From assembly GCF_009914755.1 (NCBI RefSeq), contig NC_060926.1: a stretch of DNA of 64,000 nt, one strand, 5' to 3'. The notes beneath the pieces are model-generated. The model did not search any database and was not told the origin of the DNA. It saw only the letters and a program-made list of their open reading frames with translations. This document shows positions 54,263 to 64,000 of the stretch, in pieces. Numbering within the stretch: the first letter of the stretch is position 1; each line of letters starts with the position of its first letter. This DNA comes from the human T2T-CHM13v2.0 reference genome, Homo sapiens. The position numbers and the translations under genes are program-made.

Positions 54263-55227
54263 CTACCTTTTATCTTTAGCCAACAATTGATCTCTCCTCT
54301 TCTGATTCCACTTCCACTTTAACTACATTCTGGTTCTTGCAGGTCTTGATCTTTGCTTCAGTGTCCTGCTGACAGGTTTAAGGTATAAAAGCTAAAACCT
54401 GGGGTTAGATTGAAGCAAACACTACTCTGTTTCTTGCTATTTGTGTAACTTTAGATAAATACTCTTTTTGATCTATGTCTCTTACCTGGACAAAAGTGGG
54501 AGTGAAACTGCCTTCCCACATCATTGTTCTCAATAAATAATACCTTCTTTCCAATTCCTATTGGTCTTCCACCTGGTCCACAGAGACCAGATACCTCCCT
54601 TCTGTGCCTGTCCTTGTGGACAGCCCCTTCCCTAGGCTGTCCAGGCCTTGTGAGAAAACGAAATAAAGCCTCCAATAAATACATATAAGTAAAGTACATT
54701 CACTTCACTAGCACTGCCTGCTTATGATAAACTACTTAATCATGTGCTAATGGTGAGCAGTGACTTTCCTGATGCCAGACATTGGAGGCTCTGGGTGCCC
54801 TCTGTGCCCCAGTGTTAATTACTTCCTTGACTAACTCCAAGAGACACTTACTAAATTTTGAGACTCTCTGCCTATGAAGGGGCACACACAACTATGGCTG
54901 ATGTCTCTTTCACTTTTTGAATTACAGAATAAAAATGCCAGCCAAGGTAGAAAGAAAGAGTCTTGCTGAGGCAGGGGAAAAAAATAGACAGCAATGCATT
55001 GAACCAGGACCCATCATTTAGGGAGTAGAAGAAGCTGTGAGATGCAGAGGCTGTGAGATACAGCTCTGCCTAACCGCAAGAGCCAAGTAGACCTGAATTC
55101 CAGTGAATCCTCACCCTGCACTTAGAAATACTGTGGTCCTGGGCTGCCTACTTAGCTTCCCTCAGCCTCAATTTCATCTGTAAAATGGAGTTAGTGATAC
55201 CTACCTCGTAGATTTGTTGTAATAGTG

Positions 55228-55540
55228 ATTTTTTTTTTTTTTGAGACAGCATCTCACTCTGTCACCTAGGCTGGAGTGCAGTGGTGTGATCACTGCTCAT
55301 TGCAGCCTTGACCTCCCCAGGCTCAGGTGATCCTCCCACCTCAGCCTCCCAAGTAGCTGGGACTATAAGCATGTGTCACCACACTGGGCTAATTTTTGTA
55401 TTTTTTGTAGAGACAGAGTTTCACCAGGCTGCCCAGGCTGGTCTCTAACTCTTGGATTCAAGCAATCCGCCCACCTCAGCCCAACACTTTGTAATTTCAA
55501 CAAAGTGTTGGAATTACAGGCTTGAGCCATCACACCCAGC
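55228..55540 (-). mobile_element. AluJ inside a MIR (~55080-55625)
   Basis: Poly-T, gagacagcatctcactctgtcacc...cattgcagccttgacctcc...gctcaggtgatcctcccacc. Confidence 0.92.
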
Positions 55541-55999
55541 AATAATCTTTCAATATGCCTGATAAAGTGTGAGCAGTAAACGCCAGATACCACTACTAGT
55601 ACTGGTACTACTGTTATTATCATTACTCAAAATAAAACATCAGTCTGGTTTGAAAATACCTCATTATTATTTAGTACCCAAGGCAGCCAACATCAGACCA
55701 AGGCAAAGGTAAACAATGAGATAGCAGAAAGTGATGACCCTTGAATTTGCTTAGTGATCCTAGTAGTGATGTCAAGGCATTCCTGTCAATGTTCTCTGAT
55801 TATTCACTTATCTTTCCTAAGCTTTGTCACTTGAAAAGTTCTCCAAATCAAAAACCATAAACTAAATTTGAATCCCAGCTTTATTGCACTTCCTATCTGT
55901 CTGACTTCAAACAAAATAAAAAACACTTTATTTGATTTCTTGTTCTATGAAGTAGAAATAATACCTATATCTCCTGCTTGTTTAAGAAATTGCATGTAA

Positions 56000-56297
56000 T
56001 GCCAGGTATAGTGGCTCATGCCTGTAATTCCAGGACTTTGGGAAGCTGAGGCAGGAGGGTTGCTTGAGGCCAGGCGTTTGAGACCAGTCTGGTCAACATG
56101 CAAGACCCTTGTCTCTGCTAGAAATAAAAAATAAAATAAAATCAGCTGGGCATGGTGGAACATGCCTGTAGTCCCAGCCACTCGGGAGGCTGAGGCAGGA
56201 GGTGGGAGGGTGGCTTGAGCCCAGGAGTTCAGGCTACAGTGAGCCATAATTGTGCCACTGCATTTCAGCCTCGGCTACACAGTGCAAACCTGACTCT
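56000..56297 (+). mobile_element. AluJ
   Basis: gtggctcatgcctgtaattcc...ttgagcccaggagttcaggctacagtgagcc; the tail runs into the microsatellite. Confidence 0.92.
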
Positions 56298-56597
56298 AAG
56301 AAAGAAAAAAGGAAGAAAGAAAGAGCAAAAAGGAAGAGAGAGAGAGAAAGAAAGAGAAAGAAAGAAAGAAAGAGAGAGAGAGAAAGAAAGAAAGAAGGGA
56401 AGGATGGAAGGAAGGAGAGAGAAAGAAAGAAAGAAGAAAGAAAAAGAAAGAAGAAAGAAAGAAAGAGAAAGAAAGAAAGAAAAAGGGAGGGAGGAAGGAA
56501 GGAAGGGAGCGAGGGAGGGACGGAAGGAGGGAGGAAAAAGAAAGAAAAAAGAGAAAGAAAGAAAGAAGGAAGGAAGGAAGGAAGGAAGGAAAGAAAG

Positions 56598-56648
<51 letters not shown>

Positions 56649-56683
56649 AGGAAGGAAGGAAGGAAGGAAGGAAGGAAAGAAAG

Positions 56684-56734
<51 letters not shown>

Positions 56735-56771
56735 AAAAGGAAGGAAGGAAGGAAGGAAGGAAGAAAGAAAG

Positions 56772-56806
<35 letters not shown>

Positions 56807-56844
56807 AAAAGGAAGGAAGGAAGGAAGGAAGGAAGGAAAGAAAG

Positions 56845-56875
<31 letters not shown>

Positions 56876-56910
56876 AGGAAGGAAGGAAGGAAGGAAGGAA
56901 GGAAAGAAAG

Positions 56911-56957
<47 letters not shown>

Positions 56958-56994
56958 AAAAGGAAGGAAGGAAGGAAGGAAGGAAGAAAGAAAG

Positions 56995-57025
<31 letters not shown>

Positions 57026-57063
57026 AAAAGGAAGGAAGGAAGGAAGGAAGGAAGGAAAGAAAG

Positions 57064-57110
<47 letters not shown>

Positions 57111-57214
57111 AGGAAGGAAGGAAGGAAGGAAGGAAGGAAAGAAAGAGAAAGAAAGAAAGAAAGAAAGAAAGAAAAAGAAAGAAAGAAAGAAAGAAAAAGG
57201 AAGGAAGGAAGGAA

Positions 57215-57280
<66 letters not shown>

Positions 57281-57342
57281 GAAAGAAAGAGGGAGGTTGG
57301 GGGGAAGGGAGGGAGAAATAAAAGAGAAAAGGAAAGGAAAGA
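56298..57342 (+). repeat. Compound (GAAA)n/(GGAA)n purine microsatellite
   Basis: Purine-only from 56522 to 57296; nine GGAA blocks of 5-7 units. Confidence 0.98.
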
Positions 57343-57769
57343 GTACGTGTAGCATTCCCAAAATGCCTGGTTTGCAGTAGAAGCAACACAAATATCAAGG
57401 TATACTATCTCCTTGAACTCAGGAAATAGTGAAGCTTCTTCAGCCTAGGGAGGAAACATGTCCTGCATTCTGCACCCTCCACATACTGCTGTTGCCCACA
57501 CCAAGTACACATAGATACACACACTTACACACACATATACACACCACACACATATGCACACATTCTCAAACACTAGAATGGGTGTCCGTTCTTCTCCATT
57601 GTCCCTTAGGTGATCCCTCTAAACCATCTTGGAAAAGAAAGCAATACATACCTTGTATAAAACATAACATAGAGGAGATTGCTCTGACTCTGTCACTGTG
57701 GTCACAGTATATTTTCCACCATGCTTTGTGAATTATGGGCCATGTTTTCAGGCTGCTGAAGGATTCACA

Positions 57770-57934
57770 AACCCAAGATGATCATCACAATTTTCTGGGA
57801 ACTTCTATAAGAACACATACTTGGGTCCCACCACAGATCCACTGAATCAGAATACATAGGGCTGGCATCCTGAGAGCTATATTTTTAAAAGATCCCTGTA
57901 TGAGTCTAATGATCCACCAGATCCAAGAACTACT
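57770..57934 (+). mobile_element. MER5-like hAT element
   Basis: gggtcccaccacagatccactgaatcagaat...tttaaaagatccc...aagaactact. Confidence 0.6.
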
Positions 57935-57937
57935 TGT

Positions 57938-58236
57938 GGCCGGGCGCAGTGGCTCACGCCTGTAATCCCAACACTTTGGGAGGCCGAGGCGGGCAGATCA
58001 CGAGGTCAGGAGATCGAGACCATCCTGGCTAACACGGTGAAACCCCGTCTCTACTAAAAATACAAAAAATGAGCCGGGCGAGGTGGCAGGCGCCTGTAGT
58101 CCCAGCTACTCGAGAGGCTGAGGCAGGAGAATGGCGTGAACCCCAGGGGGCGGAGCTTGCAGTGAGCTGAGATCGCACCACTGCACTCCAGCCTGGGCAA
58201 CAGCGAGACTCTGTCTCACAAAAAAAAAAAAAAAAA
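57938..58236 (+). mobile_element. Young AluY (AluYe-like)
   Basis: CpG-rich full-length Alu with gggcgaggtggc, gaaccccagggggcggagc and aacagcgagact variants; clean poly(A); exact 13-bp TSD aagaactacttgt (57925-57937, 58237-58249). Confidence 0.96.
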
Positions 58237-58699
58237 AAGAACTACTTGTATGATTCTCATAATCATTCTGCAAGCTGGCTGCTGATGGAATAATTAATGC
58301 ATTTATAAGACGAGGAATATGAGTCGGAGTAAGATTTGGCCAAGCAACAAGCCAGTGAGTGGTAGAGACAGGTCTAAAATGGCTTTTGGACTCCTAGTCC
58401 ACCCCTGCTGTTCACCAGCTGTGTGACTATGCATATGTTACTTAGATTCTCTGAGCTTTCATTTCCCTGTATATAAAATACATACTCCTAACCCCTATAG
58501 AAATGTGGTAATAAAACGAGGTGATGTGCGGAAACATAATTGCACACTTGGTATACAAATAAGAGATGCTGTCACAATTTAAATTCAGGGCTAGAACTTC
58601 TCTAGCAGTTAGGATCTCAGTTCCCCATACAGACAACCAGGTAGACTGCCTCTGTAACTGCAAAGTGCTGGTGTGCCTATCCTTATTCCCCGTCTTCTG

Positions 58700-59150
58700 T
58701 AACTGCCCCCAAAACACAGAGCCCCTCTAGCAGCCATATTTGTACAGTTTGATTCCTCTGGCCACCACTGATCAGACCAGGAGTGAACATTTGCCCCAGA
58801 GTGTCTTCTAGGAGAAACTAGAATTGGAAGCAATTGATAGTCCCACTGAGTGACTAGAATTTGTGATATGGTTTCTAATGTGGCCACTTTCCACGCATTT
58901 GTGGACTGAAGGGCTGAGAAAGCCTTCTGCTGAGAAAGAAGAAACAGCCACACAGCATGAGAAGCAACAGTGACAGGGCCAAATAAAAGTACTCCGTATA
59001 GCTTTCCATTTTCTGGTTCCAGTCCATTCCTGAGACCTCCGTTCATTCCTTAAAACACTTCATTATCCTTATAATAAATTCCCATTTTGTGCCTCAAGCT
59101 AGTTCAAATGAGTTTCTCTTACTGTAATCCAAAAACAGCTCTAAGCCATG
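58700..59150 (+). mobile_element. Old MLT1 solo LTR (J/K/L-like)
   Basis: Ends aataaattcccattttgtgcctcaagctagttcaaatgagtttctcttactgtaatccaaaa. Confidence 0.65.
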
Positions 59151-60189
59151 CAGGTCCCCCAATCACTTTAACAAATGCTTCTGCCGATGAGGGAGACAGT
59201 ACACAAGATACAAGTCAAGGCCAGGTGCCTTTGCCCTTCAGCAGTTCTACAGAAGTCAGGTCCTTCTTTCTCCATCCATTTGTTTCCCTTGGGAAACAGC
59301 AGCTCCTCTGAGGTTTCCCATATCTAAGGAGAGGAGGTGGAATGTTCTTGCCATCTGCAATGATGAGGACCAACATGTCTGAAATCTTCTTTCAAAAACC
59401 TCCAGGGTGGCTTCTTGGCATCCTGCAGTTGTTAAGCAAATCCAAAGGCAGAGAAAATAACCAGGAAACCGTGTTGAAACTTATGTGACTTCATGAAAGG
59501 CAAATCTATTCTAACTTCTGTTGTGGGCTTGAAAGCCAGTATTTTCCAAATCCCTGATAAGAAAGCTAAGAGCCACATTTTCGGTTGATCTAGAGTGAGT
59601 GTCCTATGTAGTGGCATTTTTATATTGGTATCATTCCTGGATCCATTTTATATTCCTAACCTTGCCTTGACTTTTTTTTTCTTTCTTATTTCTAATATGT
59701 TATTTTGCTGCATTTTAAGACTCCTTAAATCCTTTCTGGAACAAGAAGCAATATAACAAAATAAAAACAGATTTCCCCTTTGTTACCAGAAGAATTCTTC
59801 CACTTTTATGTTACACATAGGCATGTAAAATGATGGATAGTCAGAAATAAAATATTTAGGTTCAGTGTTCCATCAGTCACCATGAGGCATTTATTGTGCA
59901 CTTCTTATGTGCAAGGAACTGTAAGGACTACAAATAAGTGTAACAAACAGCAGAAAAGAGGCATAGTCCACAGACAGGGCATGCATCTACGAAAGAAAAA
60001 ATATTCAGGAATGCAAGACCATAAATAAAAGCAATCTTTGTAGACTGGGATGGGCAGAGAAACTGACGTGAAGGTGGGAGGGCTTCAGTTGGATGCTGAG
60101 GAATATAGAGAATTCTAATATGAGGAAAGATAAAGAAAACTTAGAGCACACGAAAGGAGAGAATTAAAGTCACAGAGAATGGCATAGTG

Positions 60190-60362
60190 TGGGGTTCCCA
60201 GACTTGAGCATTAAAATCACCTAGAGCCCAGGCAGCTGGGCCCAACCTCTAGAGTTCCTGATTCCACAGGTCTGGGGTGGGGCCTAGAAAGGTGCATTCC
60301 TCAACAAGCTCCCAGGTGATTCCCTTGCTACTTGCTAAGGACCCATATTCTGAAAAACACTG
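60190..60362. mobile_element. MER5A-like hAT element
   Basis: aatcacctagag...agagttcctgattccacaggtctggggtggggcc...aacaagctcccaggtgatt...tctgaaaaacactg. Confidence 0.75.
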
Positions 60363-61594
60363 ACTTAACAAAGAGAGTTCTCCACGCAGCACTGAAGACA
60401 GGAGTGGCCCCTCAGCCCAGGTGAGATGGAGGTTCCTGTCGCAAGAAGAGAAGTGGGGAAGGTTTGCTGGGTTCACTGCATGCCGCCCTCTGTGCAGAGA
60501 ACCGGCCCCACGTGTCCCTGTGTCTTCCTTTGAGCTGCTCAGGACCTCCCCTCCCAGCTTCTCTCTCTGTCTTTAACTAAATTGTTCACCATTTGCAGCC
60601 ATATGAAGGAGCCACAGTATATTAGCATTTTATTTCATTGGCTTTGCTCCTTGAGAGAAATCCCAAACCCACCCCAAGCCCAAACCAAACCATTTCCTCA
60701 GACAGTTTCATTCAGCCTTGCCCTACCTGTTCTCTTCCTGGGAAAGCCTAACATCTCTAGCAAATCCGCACTTAACTCACACACTATGTGCCTCATCCGA
60801 CTATGACCACTGCTCTGCCTCTGGCCCTCACAGCAGTTGGGAACCCTGGACACAATTATCTCAGGGTATGCAATGATGGGCCAAGGCAAGCCTTCCTGCC
60901 TGCCTCAGGTGCTGTATCTCTAGTTAGACTGAGGGACATGTGATAGACTTGGGGGTCAGACAGACCAGGGCTTAAATCCTCTCAGTCTATCACACTTGCT
61001 ACTTTGGTGATTTTGCAAAACCTCTGGATAGCACAGCCTCAGTTTCACCATATTGTATAGAAGATAAAACAATGCCATCATTATTTTAGGAATTTGAGAT
61101 AAATAACGGGGCCTGATATAACATGTGCCCAATAATGGAAGCAATTTTTGTGACTATCCCATTGTTTACGGCCATGTCTTCATTATCTAACAGGTATTCA
61201 TTAACTGCCCTCTCTGTGTAATGCTTGATATGTATTTCATTTGGCAAGATAAGATGTATGCAAATGATTATGATACAAGACGTCATAAAGTTAGCACCAT
61301 GCAATGGTAGGACAATCATTACAAAGCTCAAAGGACATTTCATCTGTGGTCCTCATGGCAAATTTCAGGAAAGTGGTGCAAACTTACAGTATGTGTATGA
61401 AGACTCTGCCAACAACTGCGGATAGCTTTCCAACTGGATGGACTGACAAGAGAAGTGGTCCTGAAGAAAGACTGTGAAATTTTGTCTGGCAGATGTGAGT
61501 ATCTGGTGGGACTTCAGAGGTCCCTTGGGTCCCTAGAGGACGCTTGGGAGAAAGGCTACGGATGGGTCTGATCCAAGAGGGCTTCCAGGAGTGG

Positions 61595-61800
61595 ACACTC
61601 ATATCCATGCATACATATTCATATTCATGCAAACGCACACACACATTTCCAAACACACATACTCATTTCCATGCATACACACTCATATCCAAACACACAC
61701 ACTCATTTCCATGCATACACACTCATACCCATACACACACACACACGCACACTCATACCCCCCCCCACACACACCCATACTCACATACACACACACATTC
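61595..61800 (+). repeat. CA-rich minisatellite with ~20/40-bp period
   Basis: Repeated catWtccaaacacacaYactcatttccatgcatacacact units. Confidence 0.85.
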
Positions 61801-62084
61801 TTATTAAAGAATCAGGGCCTAGGAAATGCCAGTTGATGCAACACAAGAAATAATTTAAAATGTCTTGGGTGGTCGTCTCAGAGACAAGAACCCATGGTCA
61901 ATATTACAAATTAATCAATCAGGAAGCATTACATGGGGCTATGCACAGCTCAGGTGCTCTATGTGACACAATTGGACTGGCCTCTAGGTTCCTAGGGAAA
62001 ACTTTCTCTCCAACTAACATGTAACAGCCTTTCAAATCCTGCCTGTTGGTTAAGACACTGAAAGCCCTGATTAAACTTCAAGAC

Positions 62085-62520
62085 TTGCTGTGTTTGATTC
62101 CCTGGGGAGCAGACGCTGAGATGGAGATGTGCATGCAGGAAGTTGATTAGGCAGAGCCCTCAGGCTCCACACCTGTGGAAGGAAGAGAAGGAATCAGAAT
62201 GGGCAGAGGGACAATTTGGGCTGCACTGCAGGTGCAAAAAGCCCTCAGCTGATTCCAGGGGAGCTCTGAAGCTAAGCTGGCTCTTCAGAGTTGTCCCACA
62301 TTGAAACATGGGGCTCAAGCTTTTATATGTCCCTGTTGGTCAGTCAACTGATGCCAGGAAATGAGGCAAGAGTTTGGGCCAGGTGGCTCCCTTTAGCCAA
62401 GACATTTCCCAAAGGTGGCTGAGGGCTGCCTGGCAGCAGTCTTCTCACCACTGGGGTGTAAATCCTCACTCTTGAGTGGGTAGCTGTAGAGCACAGCCAG
62501 CATTCCCTGCATGTGTTAAT
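62085..62520 (-). mobile_element. LTR33-like ERVL LTR
   Basis: ccctggggagcagacgctgagatggagat...gggagctctgaagct...cttcagagttgtccc. Confidence 0.7.
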
Positions 62521-62799
62521 GTGCAACTGTACTGGCCCTTTACTCTGAATCTGCTTCACCAGGGCAAGGCCAGGCAATAAAGAGATACTGACTGGGAGAG
62601 TGAAAATGACAAGAAAGTTAATAGCAGGGACCCCCATCCAGGCAAAGCTCACCTGGGTCAGGTAAAATAGGGGACCCTGGACCACCAGGGGGAAACTGAG
62701 AGCAATAGGGCCCTGGCAGAGGAGCAGGCACAAAGCAAGAAGGAAAGAAGACCACCATAATTAACCTTCACCAAGACGGGTAACTTAGTCAAGGACTGT

Positions 62800-63050
62800 T
62801 ATAATAAATAATAACGTATCTAGGATTGTTTGCATACCTACTATGCACCTAGCACTGAGTTTTTCAGAAACATCACACCTTAGGACACCTCAGCAAGATT
62901 AGTATTATGAAGCCCATTTTATAGAAGAAGAAACTGAGATTCAGAAAGAAGATTCCTGCCAAGATTACAGAGCCTGGGTGTGGCAGGCCCATGATTAAGT
63001 CTTCCTGACTCCAAATCCATGCTGTTCTCACCTCAGAGCACCATGACTTT
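62800..63050 (-). mobile_element. MIR
   Basis: cccattttatagaagaagaaactgagattcaga...ctgactccaaatccatgct. Confidence 0.8.
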
Positions 63051-63279
63051 CCAGAGTCCCAGTATTCCAACGAGGTGTGTCAGGGCTCATCATGGAGTTT
63101 AAAAAGAAGGCCCAACGCCCACCCTGGCTTCAGCAAAGAAGCCTCTGCTTGTAGAAAGAGATTCAGTCAACATTCCATTGCGGATGAGAAAGACAGATAT
63201 GCAGGCACCACTCTGCTTCTGCCAGTACTGTCTGAATCTATGAAGGCTCTTCCTTGTGGACCACTTTCAGTCCAAGCAT

Positions 63280-63515
63280 ACAATGCAGCACAGTGGTTAA
63301 GATCATGTCCTCTGAGGTCAGACCACATGGGCTCAAATTCCTACCCAAGGAGCTCTGTGAACTTCAGCAATTATTTAACTTCCCTGTGCCTCAGTTTCCT
63401 CATCTGTAAAATTGAGGTTATAACAGAATTATCTTCTTAAGTTGTTGTGTAAATTAATTAACACATGTAAAATGCTTAGAATATTCAGCAAATACTAAGC
63501 ACTATATGACTGTTG
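63280..63515 (+). mobile_element. MIR
   Basis: ccctgtgcctcagtttcctcatctgtaaaattgagg. Confidence 0.85.
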
Positions 63516-63519
63516 TTTG

Positions 63520-64000
63520 ATTTGGATGTGGAGGGGAATGAGAATGGGATGCTAGTAATGACTCCAAGGTTTGGGGGAGTCTTCAGTGCACAGATGGTCT
63601 TTAATGCATAGGACGGAATGCATCCACTTAGGGATTGAGAAGAGACAGGGAAGAAGATAAGAAGATGTCAAACTGAGCCCTGGGACCATCCCGCCCCCCT
63701 CACCTTTAAAGGTCAAGAAGAGGACTGGGGTCTAGTACAGGAGAGTGAGGAGGGGAAAACCAATGGAATAGGGAAGTCAGTGTCCTAGAAGCCATGAGAA
63801 GAAAATGCTTTAAGAAAGTTGTGAACAACCTTCAAATGCTGCCACAAAACTGATTAGGTAAGATAATGAAGGAAAGCTGACCACTGGATTTGGAAATATG
63901 GTAGTATTGATAAGCTTGACAAGAGCATCTTGGTAGAGAGTCAGGGACAAGGTCCTGCTGTGCATTATTTCATGGAAAAGGAGGAGCCGAGGAAGCACTA
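63520..64000 (-). mobile_element. L2 fragment
   Basis: gatttggatgtgg...aatgactccaaggttt...gtgtcctagaagcca...tcaaatgctgcc. Confidence 0.65.

Noticed and set aside
56215-57398. Four ORFs of 368-385 aa (K/E/R-rich or F/L/S-rich)
   Set aside because: They are translations of the GAAA/GGAA microsatellite, which cannot contain stop codons.

Overview
Primate genomic DNA, probably hominoid (an AluYe-like element is present). I can support no host protein-coding gene, RNA gene or CRISPR array. About 9.3-47.6 kb is dominated by nested LINE-1 elements plus one full-length THE1C-like MaLR, flanked by MIR/L2/MLT-rich sequence. The longest ORFs are decayed L1 ORF1/ORF2 or artefacts of a GAAA/GGAA microsatellite. 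I see no evidence of a new biological system. The notable content is a set of unusual retrotransposition and repair products: (i) a 439-bp non-L1 insert with AATAAA and an A-run inside L1 ORF2; (ii) a four-level L1 nest with two 5'-inverted insertions, a candidate 3' transduction and an 806-bp tandem duplication; (iii) a ~98-bp inverted copy of local DNA at an L1 5' junction; (iv) a tail-less, TSD-less 1.9-kb L1 fragment; (v) a ~1-kb purine microsatellite with higher-order periodicity. Subfamily names come from remembered consensus features, not from a RepeatMasker run, and boundaries of old elements are approximate.
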